Shown: positions 15,848 to 25,787 of the stretch, in pieces
Position numbering within the stretch: position 1 is the stretch's first letter
Layout of the letters: the number at the start of each line of letters is the position of its first letter
Source: an uncultured virus (IMG/VR IMGVR_UViG_3300047476_001538)
Taxonomy: Duplodnaviria; Heunggongvirae; Uroviricota; Caudoviricetes
DNA length: 64,000 bases
Reading direction: 5' to 3' (one strand)
Virus record (IMG/VR): IMGVR_UViG_3300047476_001538
Location: 11,772 to 75,771 of that record
Position numbers and translations under genes: made by a program
Notes under the pieces: generated by a model
Database searches by the model: none
Told to the model about the DNA's origin: nothing
Seen by the model: only the letters and a program-made list of their open reading frames with translations

Positions 15848-16783
15848 ATGAAAATCAATGATATTATTAAAGAAGACGTATCGCAACAAGAGCTATCACA
15901 AATAGAAGTTTTTGCTAATAGATTATGGCATAAGTATGGCATAGATATTGCATTTACAAAGCACTTTTTAGATAGAGTAAACGACTCAAGAAATAAAAAA
16001 CCAATCTCAGCCGCAGAATTAGTTCGCCTATTCAAAAAAGAATACGAACGGAATGGCAAGAAAATAGCTTCGTTGGACAATGGCGAACAAGGCGTATTTA
16101 AAGACACCTCCACGGATATCAACATTCCATTTGCTGTGAGTGATCGGAATAACGATCACGAATTATTTGCAAAAACAATAATGCGAAAAAAGAACTTCGC
16201 ATCCTCAAGTCCAGTGTTTGCTGTAGAAGAAGATCCATGTTGGAAAGGCTACAAACAATATGGAACCAAGAAGAAGGGCAAGCGCACGGTTCCAAATTGC
16301 GTTCCCGTTAGCGAAGATTATGATGAATACAATGATGAAGCTGGAATGGCAGATAATAATCTTGAGACCATCAAGCGGGCCGCAGAAGGGTTAGATGACA
16401 TTATTGCCGGCGACAAAAATCTACCAGAGTGGTGTCAAGAAAAAATCGCAGTAGCCAAGTATATTTTAGTATCCGTTTGGGATTATATGCTCAGTGAAGA
16501 AAATCAAGAGATTGATGAAGATTGGCAAAAAACCAACAAAAAAGACAAAACTGATGGCATGAGCAAAAAAGCGGTAAATGCTTACAGAAGAGAAAATCCC
16601 GGTTCAAAATTAAAAACAGCGGTGACCACGAAGCCGAGCAAACTAAAGAAGGGTAGCAAAGATGCCAATAGAAGAAAAAGTTTTTGTGCTCGCTCAAATG
16701 GTCAAAGAAAACAGCATAACATAGATTGTTCTAAGACGCCGGACAAACCAATTTGTAAGGCGAGGAAACGGTGGAATTGTTAG
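15848..16783 (+). CDS. Modular protein with internal-protein-like leader; possible RelE/RegB-like N domain and DUF6321-like C domain
   Basis: MKINDIIKE; FTKHFLDRVND; CWKGY..VPNCVP; RRENPGSKLK..RRKSFCAR. Confidence 0.7.
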   Translation: MKINDIIKEDVSQQELSQIEVFANRLWHKYGIDIAFTKHFLDRVNDSRNKKPISAAELVRLFKKEYERNGKKIASLDNGEQGVFKDTSTDINIPFAVSDRNNDHELFAKTIMRKKNFASSSPVFAVEEDPCWKGYKQYGTKKKGKRTVPNCVPVSEDYDEYNDEAGMADNNLETIKRAAEGLDDIIAGDKNLPEWCQEKIAVAKYILVSVWDYMLSEENQEIDEDWQKTNKKDKTDGMSKKAVNAYRRENPGSKLKTAVTTKPSKLKKGSKDANRRKSFCARSNGQRKQHNIDCSKTPDKPICKARKRWNC

Positions 16784-16795
16784 GAATAATATCAA

Positions 16796-17803
16796 ATGAG
16801 AGCAAAACAGTTTGTTTTTGAATCCAAGGAACAAGAGTGGCGATATATCTGGAATCTAAAAGATTCAGAATCCCTGACTACTGAAGAATGGTGCAGAGTA
16901 GTTGAACGACATCACTGCGGAACTCTGATTGAGAATGACGTGAGTGATAACACGAGAATATTTGAAATGCTCAAAGATTTCGGAGTGGCCAAGCCCGAGG
17001 TAGGCGAGCATTATATTCCAGTCACTGTTATGGCAGCGTCTAGCTTGATGATTTACGACATTGACGGGCGTTGTCCCCCAGAGAGTAAGCCTCGTCTGTT
17101 GGAGTTGGTGAAAATTAAAAACGGCGATTATTATTTTGACAACAACGGCAGAATTCAACGTTATCCACAAGAGTGGCAATCTAAGGTAATGGTAGCAGAG
17201 ACTCTGTGCATTCCAAACCTTGAACAGTACAGGGAAATGGTTACCATGCTGCGGTTGGCCACTGACTCGGATAAGTTCAATAACTTATTGACCGAATCCT
17301 TGACCAGTCCATATCCTCTGAAACTGGAATATGCTGATAGAAGCAAGATTGATTATTCGTTCAGAACTGATTCTGATGCCAAAGGCGATATTGAATTCTG
17401 GTCAAAAGGTCAAAATTCAGAATGGGAAATGGCCTTTACTATCGACGGCAAGGTTGAACACCAAAATAGAAATACGGGTGAGGTTTTCAGAATATTCGCC
17501 ACCGCCGCTAAAAGCGTTCAAATGTTCTTGAATACACCCGAAGGTTATAATATGTCCACTCTGAACATAGAGGCCAGTACTCACGAATTGTCAAGAGTTA
17601 AACTCTACGATAGAATGGTTCCTATACTATCTAAGCTGGGATTGAAGTTTGCCGGCACGGACAATGTCGGACAATACAAAAACTACCACTTTGTCAATCC
17701 TGATAATCCACCTCAAGCAATATCTGAACCCAATAAAAACTGGCGAGATAGTGCTGACTGGGAATTTATCGAAAATATCCGATCTGAACGGAGAAAACAA
17801 TGA
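16796..17803 (+). CDS. Modular protein with internal-protein-like leader and recurrent PYP/FRIF domain
   Basis: MRAKQFVFE; LTE-SLTSPYPL..GEVFRIFAT..SRVKLY. Confidence 0.8.
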   Translation: MRAKQFVFESKEQEWRYIWNLKDSESLTTEEWCRVVERHHCGTLIENDVSDNTRIFEMLKDFGVAKPEVGEHYIPVTVMAASSLMIYDIDGRCPPESKPRLLELVKIKNGDYYFDNNGRIQRYPQEWQSKVMVAETLCIPNLEQYREMVTMLRLATDSDKFNNLLTESLTSPYPLKLEYADRSKIDYSFRTDSDAKGDIEFWSKGQNSEWEMAFTIDGKVEHQNRNTGEVFRIFATAAKSVQMFLNTPEGYNMSTLNIEASTHELSRVKLYDRMVPILSKLGLKFAGTDNVGQYKNYHFVNPDNPPQAISEPNKNWRDSADWEFIENIRSERRKQ

Positions 17804-18018
17804 GAGCAAAAGAATTTATTACAGGTTTAACAGAAAATGCCAGCGTTGGTGGCACAAGTAGCGGCTCTGTGGCTGCCGTTAGTATGCCATTAGGTGGCAC
17901 TATTAGCAGAGGCGGATCATTATTGTCAGGTCAGTCCACCGATGAAGAATTTCCAAATACTCCTGAGCATATTCGCAAAATGGCCAAGCAATGGAAGTCA
18001 AGTAACAAGAACAAATAA
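17800..18018 (+). CDS. Small protein with internal-protein-like leader
   Basis: MRAKEFITGLTE followed by an Ala/Ser/Gly-rich segment. Confidence 0.7.
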   Translation: MRAKEFITGLTENASVGGTSSGSVAAVSMPLGGTISRGGSLLSGQSTDEEFPNTPEHIRKMAKQWKSSNKNK

Positions 18019-18052
18019 TTTTTGCTAAATACTCCATTACACAGGATTCATT

Positions 18053-18490
18053 ATGTTAGCAGAACATCTAAAAATACTATTAGCCAGTACATTCTCGTAC
18101 TATATTAAGGCGAGCTTTTTCCACTGGAACTGCTCAGGAATGGCATTTCCAAGTTATCACAAGTTGTTCGGTGATATCTACGAAGGAGCACAAGACACGA
18201 TTGATACGATTGCCGAAGAGATTCGCACTCTTAGAAGCCATGCACCAGGATCATTGATTAGATATTCTGAATTGACGGTCATACAGGATCAAATAAAAAT
18301 ACCAAAATTGGAGCTAATGATCTCTGAATTATTGGCTGATACTGAGACGATGATTGCTTTGGTTAATGAATGTTTGCAATATGCAAAAGCCGAAGAGAAG
18401 GCCGACATAGAAAATTACATGGCTGAGTTGATTGCTTTTTATAGTAAGTATCGTTGGCAACTTGAAAGCTGCCTTGAAATAGAGGAATAA
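18053..18490 (+). CDS. dps: Dps family ferritin-like protein
   Basis: HWN..G..F...HKLF..IY..DTIAEEIR; GCTAAATA at 18024. Confidence 0.9.
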   Translation: MLAEHLKILLASTFSYYIKASFFHWNCSGMAFPSYHKLFGDIYEGAQDTIDTIAEEIRTLRSHAPGSLIRYSELTVIQDQIKIPKLELMISELLADTETMIALVNECLQYAKAEEKADIENYMAELIAFYSKYRWQLESCLEIEE

Positions 18491-18493
18491 GTC

Positions 18494-19765
18494 ATGTACG
18501 ATCCACTAATGAATGACATTCTCGCCAAGCTCAATTCAGTTGAATCTGCTGCTTCAAAAAGAAACAACACACCCAATCAACATTCTGGTAACGAAATGTT
18601 GGATATTCTAAAAAGGTTTGATTTGGCAGAATCCGGTAATAGCAAACTCACGCCTGTCAATGTCAAGCATGGACTGAATAAACAACAAAAAGCAGTTGGA
18701 CAAGTAGGACCAGAGTTCAAGCCGAAGACGACTAAGGTGCTTACTGCGCCAACTGACCCAAAAAATCCGTTCGCTGGTAAGTTAGTCGGCGGAAGTGAAT
18801 CTCGGCGCAATACCAAGCCAATGATTGACGAGGCAGAAGTATCAGAAGATTTATTATCAGATATCAAGAAGAGTCTATCGGATTATATAAAGCAAATTGA
18901 TAGCATTGAGAAAAAAGACACGGACCTGAAAAAGAAGGACAACCGAGATACCGACCTAAAAAAGAAAGACAAACGAGACAGAGATTTTATTGTTCGGAAG
19001 GTAAAAGAAGACCCCACTCAGGAAAATCCGATTATTCAACCTAAGCCGGCCTCATTGGTCAATCCAACTGTTGCTGATACCGGTGCCAATCAGACTCCCA
19101 CCGTAGATACTGATTCTTCAAAAGGTGTTCAACCAGTTGGCGAGACGCTAAACGATCCTTACAAAGTAGTATTGCGTGAGAACAGTTCTAGGTTTGTGTC
19201 ATTCGTTGGGCATACCGACACAGGCGCAGAAATAGATGTTTACTTTACGAAACACGAAGACGATGACGAATATAACACATGGGAAGTGGAATTTGGTGTA
19301 AATGGGTCGTTTAACATCACTAACAAGGGCGACGCCTTTAGAGTGTTTTCCACTGTTTCGTATGCATTACAAACGTTTCTCGGTATGCGTCAAGGTCTAA
19401 AGGCAGATCGTATTTATTTTACAGCAAAAGAACCATCAAGAATCAAGCTATATCAGCGTCTTTCTAAAATGATCGTTGATTACGGGTTCAAGCGTGTACC
19501 ACTATCTGAGCCGTGGAAGTTTCTATTTGATCTTAATGAAGATGGCAGTAGTCAAGATAGATCATTTACCGCTGAATCAATCAAATCTCACGAATGCAAC
19601 GGCAAGGTATTTGAAATCGTAGAGGGTGAGCATGGTGGATTTCATATTCGCCACAATAATAAATTATCACCATCTAAATTCAAGACATTTTTAGAGGCTG
19701 ATACCGCACTTCAATTATTCACGCATCGTTTATCCACTACCGGTGATTATAGAGAAGAACAATGA
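18494..19765 (+). CDS. Modular probable virion protein with PYP/FRVF domain
   Basis: VGE-TLNDPY..FNITNKGDAFRVFST..EPSRIKLY, shared with the polyprotein. Confidence 0.75.
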   Translation: MYDPLMNDILAKLNSVESAASKRNNTPNQHSGNEMLDILKRFDLAESGNSKLTPVNVKHGLNKQQKAVGQVGPEFKPKTTKVLTAPTDPKNPFAGKLVGGSESRRNTKPMIDEAEVSEDLLSDIKKSLSDYIKQIDSIEKKDTDLKKKDNRDTDLKKKDKRDRDFIVRKVKEDPTQENPIIQPKPASLVNPTVADTGANQTPTVDTDSSKGVQPVGETLNDPYKVVLRENSSRFVSFVGHTDTGAEIDVYFTKHEDDDEYNTWEVEFGVNGSFNITNKGDAFRVFSTVSYALQTFLGMRQGLKADRIYFTAKEPSRIKLYQRLSKMIVDYGFKRVPLSEPWKFLFDLNEDGSSQDRSFTAESIKSHECNGKVFEIVEGEHGGFHIRHNNKLSPSKFKTFLEADTALQLFTHRLSTTGDYREEQ

Positions 19766-20241
19766 GAGCACATGAGTTCATAACGCCAGAATCAGATAAT
19801 TTAGTATGGTTCCACATAGAGGGAAAACCGGCTATTGGTATCATAAAAAAGAAATTCGGCAAGGTAATTCGTGAATGCGGTGGTGTATTAAATGTTCCCG
19901 GCAAATACTGGACCCTTATTCAGAATTTAGCTTATACTGCTGGCGGATTGGCTGAACTCACTGATATGCCAAAGAAATGCGCCAAAAAAACTAAAGTCAA
20001 GTATAATGATAATACTGTAAACATAAATACTGCTACGAAAACAATCACATTTGAATCATTGGATGATGAGGATGATTTGGAAGAAGAGGAACAAGAAAAT
20101 GTTCTTACTCCACAATTTGATTTAGCAACTGATAAAATCAATGATGCTGGCGCTGGAGTGCAAGCTCATACTCAAATAGATAATTACGTGCAAAGTGCAT
20201 CTGCTACCCAAAAGCCCATTAAGAATGTACCATCACCATAG
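19762..20241 (+). CDS. Hypothetical protein with internal-protein-like leader
   Basis: MRAHEFITPE. Confidence 0.7.
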   Translation: MRAHEFITPESDNLVWFHIEGKPAIGIIKKKFGKVIRECGGVLNVPGKYWTLIQNLAYTAGGLAELTDMPKKCAKKTKVKYNDNTVNINTATKTITFESLDDEDDLEEEEQENVLTPQFDLATDKINDAGAGVQAHTQIDNYVQSASATQKPIKNVPSP

Positions 20242-20248
20242 AACACCA

Positions 20249-20332
20249 AGGACCGTTAGCCGTTGTGGTTAACATAGGCGTCAGGCTTAGGATTGTGCCT
20301 GATATCAGAGAGACTCGCTACCTTTTTCTGAT
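20249..20332 (+). ncRNA. Candidate structured RNA (three hairpins) upstream of the replication operon
   Basis: Stems 20255-20273, 20281-20302, 20304-20332 in a GC-elevated intergenic stretch. Confidence 0.45.
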
Positions 20333-20366
20333 TTAAAACAATTCACTTTTACGGCAGGGAAGAACA

Positions 20367-20474
20367 ATGGACTATGAAAATTTTGTTGGATTTGTGATGA
20401 CTATCATCGTGGCTCTATACTTCATAGGGGCAACCACTTCAATTTTACTCAGTGAGTTTGGTGTCTTCCAATGA
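20367..20474 (+). CDS. 35-aa predicted membrane peptide (not in ORF track)
   Basis: MDYENFVGFVMTIIVALYFIGATTSILLSEFGVFQ, AGGGA upstream. Confidence 0.45.
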   Translation: MDYENFVGFVMTIIVALYFIGATTSILLSEFGVFQ

Positions 20475-20600
20475 TTGTTATATTCACCTAAGCCAATTCA
20501 CCTTTTTTCTTGAATTCTCTCACAGCATCGTCTATACTAACCCAGACGATGAGAAATCCTTCACATCAATTTTTAACCACAACTCATATGAGGAGTACAA

Positions 20601-20864
20601 ATGTCCGCAAATAAGGTCTTTAACGCAAGCGAAAAAGTTAAATTGCAACAAATCATCAACGAAGGCATGAATGTCATGTCGGAAATTGAGGTTCTTAACG
20701 AAGGGCTAAAAGATACTATTAAAAACATCGCAGAAGAAATGGATATTAAGCCAGCGGTATTAAAAAAGGCAATCAAAATTGCTCACAAAGCTGGATTTAC
20801 TCGCGAATCAGAAAACCACGAACTACTTGAAACTATTTTAATCACGGTAGGAAAAACTATTTGA
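20601..20864 (+). CDS. T4 DsbA/GapR-like dsDNA-binding protein
   Basis: Helical protein EGLKDTIKNIAEEMDIKPAVLKKAIK; GAGGAG RBS. Confidence 0.7.
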   Translation: MSANKVFNASEKVKLQQIINEGMNVMSEIEVLNEGLKDTIKNIAEEMDIKPAVLKKAIKIAHKAGFTRESENHELLETILITVGKTI

Positions 20865-20865
20865 T

Positions 20866-23520
20866 ATGTATGTAGATGCTTTTCTAGAAAAAGAAAAGAA
20901 TACAGTCTACGTTGTTGAACGATCTACTCACGGTAAAAGGATATACCGTGAGTATCCGGTAGAGTATGTATTCTATTACCCAAACCAATACGGGAATCAT
21001 CAGAGTATTTTTGGTACTCCCGTATCAAAATTTAAAACAAACAATCATAAAGAGTTCAGAAAAGAACTATCAGTCCATTCTGGTGCAAAATTATTTGAAT
21101 CAGATATTAACCCGGTATTCCGATGTTTAGAGAATAATTATCTTGATGCTACACCACCCAAACTTAATGTAGTATTCTTTGACGTGGAAGTGGCGTTTGA
21201 TCGTGACCGAGGCTATGCGCCAACCGATGATCCATTTAATGAAGTAACGGCAATCACTGTTTATCTTGATTGGATGGATCAAATAATCACACTTGCCGTT
21301 CCACCAAAAAATCTTACGATAGATACTGCCACTGATTTAGTGAAGGACTTTAGCAACACCTATCTTTTTGATACAGAAAAACAAATGTTATCTGTATTTT
21401 TGGATATGTTGGACGATGCTGATATTATCACTGGTTGGAACAGCGGTGGATTTGATATTCCATATCTCGTAAATAGAATCGCCAAAGTATTAACAAGAGA
21501 CGACAATAGAAAATGGTGCTTATGGGATCAATCCCCAAAAAGAAGAGTGTATGAGCGATTTGGAAGTGAGATTTTAACTTATGATTTAGTTGGTAGAGTT
21601 CATATGGACTACTACGATCTATACCGTAAATTCACTTATGAAGAGCGACATAGTTATTCATTGGATGCCATCGGTGAATACGAGTTGGGAGATCGTAAGG
21701 TGTCCTACGAGGGTTCACTTGACCAACTTTATCATCAAGACTTCAAAAAGTTTATTGATTATAATAGACAAGACGTTATGTTAGTATTCAAGCTGGACCA
21801 AAAGCTAAAGTTCATGGAACTGGCAAATACGCTGGCTCATAAAAACACGGTACTACTACCGACTGCATTGGGTTCGGTTGCCATGATTGAGCAAGCGATT
21901 ATCAACGAAGCTCATAAACAAGGAGTGGTAGTACCAGACAAGACAAGATCGGATGGAATAGACACTCAAGCAGCGGGTGCATATGTTGCGGTTCCTGTAA
22001 AGGGAATGCATGAATATATCGGTTCTATTGATATTAACTCACTATATCCTTCTACACTTCGTGCATTGAATATGGGTCAGGAAACTATTGTTGGTCAAAT
22101 TAGACCAACGATGACCGATGAGCATATTGCTAATTTAATGAGGGAAGGCAAGAAGGGTGGAGAACTATGGGATGGGCTATTCGCTACATTAGAGTATACC
22201 GCTGTTATGGAAATGCGAGATACACCTCTGATTTTAGATTGGAACGATGGTAAATCAGAAGAATTATCTGCCAGATTAATTTGGAAGTTGATATTTGATA
22301 GTGATTTGCCGTGGGGATTATCAGCCAATGGTACTATTTTTACATTCCAAAAAGAAGCAATTGTTCCAGGTCTTCTGAAAAAATGGTATTCTCAGAGAAA
22401 AGAATTTCAAGCTAAATTGAATAAACTGATTGAGAAAGATGCACCAAAAGAAGAAATAGATTATTGGGATAGACAACAGCACTCTATCAAAATTTTCATT
22501 AATAGCCTCTACGGCGCAATTCTCAACCAGCATTGCAAGTTTTTTGATAAAAGAATAGGCCAATCTACCACATTAACAGGTAGATCAATATGTAAGCATA
22601 TGGCGGCAAAGGTAAATGAACTAATATGCGAAGAATACAATCATGAAGGCAAGTCAATAATTTATGGTGATACTGACAGTTGTTATTTCTCAGCGTGGCC
22701 GATAGTAAGCAAAGACCAAAATGCAAAATGGGACAAGGAAATAGCCATTCGTGTATATGATTCAATTGCAGATCAAGTTAATGAATCATTTCCGTCCTTT
22801 ATGGAACAAGCATTTCATTGTCCACGATCTTTTGGGGAGATTATCAGGGGTGGTAGAGAAATTGTAGCAAGGCGTGGGATTTTCATAACCAAAAAGCGTT
22901 ATGCAGTGATGTATTATGACAAGGATGGACACCGATATGACAATGATGGCAAAGTAGGTAAACTAAAAGCGATGGGATTAGACTTAAAGCGATCCGATAC
23001 CCCAAAATTCGTTCAAAAGTTTTTAGTAGAGATACTTGAAGACGTGCTAAATGGCGGTAACAAAGAAGACGTTATTGAGAAAATTCTTGCATTCAAACTT
23101 CAATTTATGGAATTACCATCATGGGAGAAAGGAACTCCAAAGAGAGTGAATAATCTTACCAAGTTCACTGTAATGTATGATAAAAACGCAAGGTCCAATC
23201 TTCCCGGTCACGTAAGGGCGGCAGTCAATTGGAATATCTTGCGAGAAATTAACAAAGACAACAAGGTCATGAAAATAAATGATGGTCAAAAAACTATCGT
23301 ATGCAAGCTAAGAAATAACGCTTTAAATTGGACATCTATTGCATATCCGATTGACGAACAACATCTACCAAAATGGTTTCTTGAATTGCCGTTTGATGAT
23401 AATCTGATGATGACCACAATCGTAGATAAAAAGATTGACAATGTCATTGGAGTATTGGATTGGAATTTAAGAGAATCCACTGAACTAACAAACACTTTTC
23501 AAAGCCTATTTGACTTCTGA
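20866..23520 (+). CDS. Family B DNA polymerase
   Basis: Exo FFDVEV, GWNSGGFD, YNRQD; pol SIDINSLYPS, KIFINSLYG, YGDTDS, KKRY. Confidence 0.97.
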   Translation: MYVDAFLEKEKNTVYVVERSTHGKRIYREYPVEYVFYYPNQYGNHQSIFGTPVSKFKTNNHKEFRKELSVHSGAKLFESDINPVFRCLENNYLDATPPKLNVVFFDVEVAFDRDRGYAPTDDPFNEVTAITVYLDWMDQIITLAVPPKNLTIDTATDLVKDFSNTYLFDTEKQMLSVFLDMLDDADIITGWNSGGFDIPYLVNRIAKVLTRDDNRKWCLWDQSPKRRVYERFGSEILTYDLVGRVHMDYYDLYRKFTYEERHSYSLDAIGEYELGDRKVSYEGSLDQLYHQDFKKFIDYNRQDVMLVFKLDQKLKFMELANTLAHKNTVLLPTALGSVAMIEQAIINEAHKQGVVVPDKTRSDGIDTQAAGAYVAVPVKGMHEYIGSIDINSLYPSTLRALNMGQETIVGQIRPTMTDEHIANLMREGKKGGELWDGLFATLEYTAVMEMRDTPLILDWNDGKSEELSARLIWKLIFDSDLPWGLSANGTIFTFQKEAIVPGLLKKWYSQRKEFQAKLNKLIEKDAPKEEIDYWDRQQHSIKIFINSLYGAILNQHCKFFDKRIGQSTTLTGRSICKHMAAKVNELICEEYNHEGKSIIYGDTDSCYFSAWPIVSKDQNAKWDKEIAIRVYDSIADQVNESFPSFMEQAFHCPRSFGEIIRGGREIVARRGIFITKKRYAVMYYDKDGHRYDNDGKVGKLKAMGLDLKRSDTPKFVQKFLVEILEDVLNGGNKEDVIEKILAFKLQFMELPSWEKGTPKRVNNLTKFTVMYDKNARSNLPGHVRAAVNWNILREINKDNKVMKINDGQKTIVCKLRNNALNWTSIAYPIDEQHLPKWFLELPFDDNLMMTTIVDKKIDNVIGVLDWNLRESTELTNTFQSLFDF

Positions 23521-23534
23521 TTTAACCTTTTTCC

Positions 23535-23569
23535 TTGACACATTTTACCATAAACAGTAAAGTTAAATA
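23535..23569 (+). promoter_or_regulatory. Sigma70 promoter with overlapping late-like box
   Basis: TTGACA-N17-TAAAGT; TTAAATA. Confidence 0.6.
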
Positions 23570-23595
23570 GCAATCAACAACAATATGGAGAAATA

Positions 23596-24318
23596 ATGAA
23601 AGACTATCTTCACGATTTAGTGAGTCACACATTTGATTTAGGTGGTATCGGCTTAATTAAAATAACGGGAACCGATACAGAAACTCTCATCAATGCTGTT
23701 GCAGACGATAAATCTGTGGTAGTAGAGGGAAAGTTTTTAAAGCCATCTGCCGATTTTATTGGCACGTTTGGTATGCCCAATCTTAGCAAGCTAAAGATTC
23801 TTCTCAATCTACCTGAGTATAAAGAGAATGCCAAGCTAACATTGACTCATAAAGAAGAAAATGTTCCTGATGGCATTGATTTTGAAAATGCCGCAGGGGA
23901 TTTTCATAATAACTACCGATTTATGGCACAAGCGGTAGTTGACGAGGCTTTGCGTGTTCCTCGGTTTAAGGGCGTCAATTGGCACGTTGAATTTCAACCC
24001 ACCGTAGTTGGTATTCAGCGATTAAAGATGCAAGCACAAGCACATAGCGAGGAAACCAGTTTTCAAGCTAAGACTGAAGAGAACGATCTTAAATTCTATT
24101 TTGGAGATCATTCTACTCATGCCGGTGATTTTACATTCCATCATGGTATATCCGGCAATCTGAAGAAACCTTGGTCATGGCCGATTAAATCAATAATCTC
24201 CATTCTTGATCTTACTGGAGATAAGATTTTTAAAATCAGCGACGATGGCGCGGCAATGATTACGGTTGACACGGGTCTTGCCACCTATAATTACATTTTA
24301 CCAGCACAAACAAAGTAA
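23596..24318 (+). CDS. Probable DNA sliding clamp
   Basis: 240 aa, two-lobed beta-rich pattern, ends YNYILPA, directly after PolB. Confidence 0.55.
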   Translation: MKDYLHDLVSHTFDLGGIGLIKITGTDTETLINAVADDKSVVVEGKFLKPSADFIGTFGMPNLSKLKILLNLPEYKENAKLTLTHKEENVPDGIDFENAAGDFHNNYRFMAQAVVDEALRVPRFKGVNWHVEFQPTVVGIQRLKMQAQAHSEETSFQAKTEENDLKFYFGDHSTHAGDFTFHHGISGNLKKPWSWPIKSIISILDLTGDKIFKISDDGAAMITVDTGLATYNYILPAQTK

Positions 24319-24326
24319 CTAAGAAA

Positions 24327-24590
24327 ATGGCTAAAGTAAAAAACCAACCAAACCCAGCAGTAGCAAAGATTTTTGATGATCTTGCTAAATTTTTGAACTT
24401 TTGCAGAGATTATGGATATCGGTTTAACGAATCCGATCTATACAACTTCAAGAGCTACCCTTGGCAACAATATAACAAGTTTATCAATGGAAAGAACGCC
24501 AAGGATATGTGGGCAGAAGACATCAGGCGGTTAGGAGGAAGATTCTCCAAACCAGTATTCACTTCAAGTGATCCAAGCACTACTGCTTAA
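24327..24590 (+). CDS. Conserved phage hypothetical protein
   Basis: IFDDL..F..FCR.YGY.FNE.DLY. Confidence 0.7.
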   Translation: MAKVKNQPNPAVAKIFDDLAKFLNFCRDYGYRFNESDLYNFKSYPWQQYNKFINGKNAKDMWAEDIRRLGGRFSKPVFTSSDPSTTA

Positions 24591-24651
24591 AATCACTACA
24601 TGACTCTTGGGTAATCTGATTACCCAAGAGTTTTTCTATAACAAGTATAAT

Positions 24652-24936
24652 ATGACAGAAAAAATATCTTCTCCAAACCACTATCAAGGATTAAATGACC
24701 TTGAAGTTATTGATGTTATTGATATATTCAATCTGAATTTTTCACGCGGGTGTGCTGTTAAATACGTTCTTAGAGCAGGACACAAGTTAGAAGAAGGATA
24801 TACCAAGGAAGAAAAAGAAATAGAAGATTTAGAAAAAGCGATTTGGTATATTACGCACGAAGTAAATTTAATAAAGGAAAGGTCGTCCATTGCCGATACA
24901 GAAATTCTCACCATACCAACATCTCAGTCTAAATAG
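24652..24936 (+). CDS. DUF3310 / T7 gp1.7-like nucleotide kinase domain
   Basis: SPNHY..EVIDVI..G.AVKY..RAG.K..EDLEKA.WY. Confidence 0.8.
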   Translation: MTEKISSPNHYQGLNDLEVIDVIDIFNLNFSRGCAVKYVLRAGHKLEEGYTKEEKEIEDLEKAIWYITHEVNLIKERSSIADTEILTIPTSQSK

Positions 24937-24962
24937 TTTCGGCATGTAACACAGGTAATTTA

Positions 24963-25787
24963 ATGAAAAATTCAAAAAATCACAAATATAATATTGCTAT
25001 TCTTCTTCCAACAAGAGGAAGAACTGATGCTTTAAATCGTAGTATTGTTAGTCTGGTAAATCGGGCATTAGATAAAGATAAAATTCAATTACTATTGGCA
25101 TTTGACAACGACGATAACATTGGATATGATTACTTTGAGAAGGAAATTGTTCCTTATCTTGAATCCAAGGGCGTAGATTATGAAGCATTTGAGTTTGATT
25201 CATTGGGATACGAAGGATTGAATCAATATTACAACTCTCTTGCGAAGAATGCTGACGCAGATTGGTTCTTCATTTGGAACGATGATGCCATCATGGAATC
25301 AACCGGATGGGATAGAACTATCGCCTCTCATACTGGAAACTTCAAGCTACTAGCAGTTAGAACTCATCGCGATCATCCTTACAGTATTTTCCCAATTATT
25401 CCAACCGAGTGGCACGATGTAATGGGCTATCTAAGTCGTCATCAGATGATTGATGCCGAGGTAAGCCATATTGCCTATATGCTGGATATATTTGAACGTA
25501 TTCCCGTATATGTAACTCATGATCGGTTTGACTTGACTGGAAATAATTTGGATGAAACCGAAATAAACCGAGTCAGATTTGAGGGTAATCCTGATAACCC
25601 ATTAGATTACTCTAATATTCATAACATTCATGGAAGAGTAAAAGATGCTGAATTTTTATCAAAATATCTTCAGTCTAAAGACATGGATATGTCTTGGTGG
25701 GAAAATGTAAAAACAGGTAAACAAGATCCATGGGAAAAATTAGCAGCTAATGATCCTAATGGCCAAACAGTGAGAACATCAAAATAA
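24963..25787 (+). CDS. GT-A fold glycosyltransferase
   Basis: ILLPTRGR, FDNDD, WNDD (DxD-like). Confidence 0.8.
   Translation: MKNSKNHKYNIAILLPTRGRTDALNRSIVSLVNRALDKDKIQLLLAFDNDDNIGYDYFEKEIVPYLESKGVDYEAFEFDSLGYEGLNQYYNSLAKNADADWFFIWNDDAIMESTGWDRTIASHTGNFKLLAVRTHRDHPYSIFPIIPTEWHDVMGYLSRHQMIDAEVSHIAYMLDIFERIPVYVTHDRFDLTGNNLDETEINRVRFEGNPDNPLDYSNIHNIHGRVKDAEFLSKYLQSKDMDMSWWENVKTGKQDPWEKLAANDPNGQTVRTSK

Noticed and set aside
20866-23520. Intein or intron in the DNA polymerase
   Set aside because: The ORF is continuous, of normal size, and lacks splice motifs
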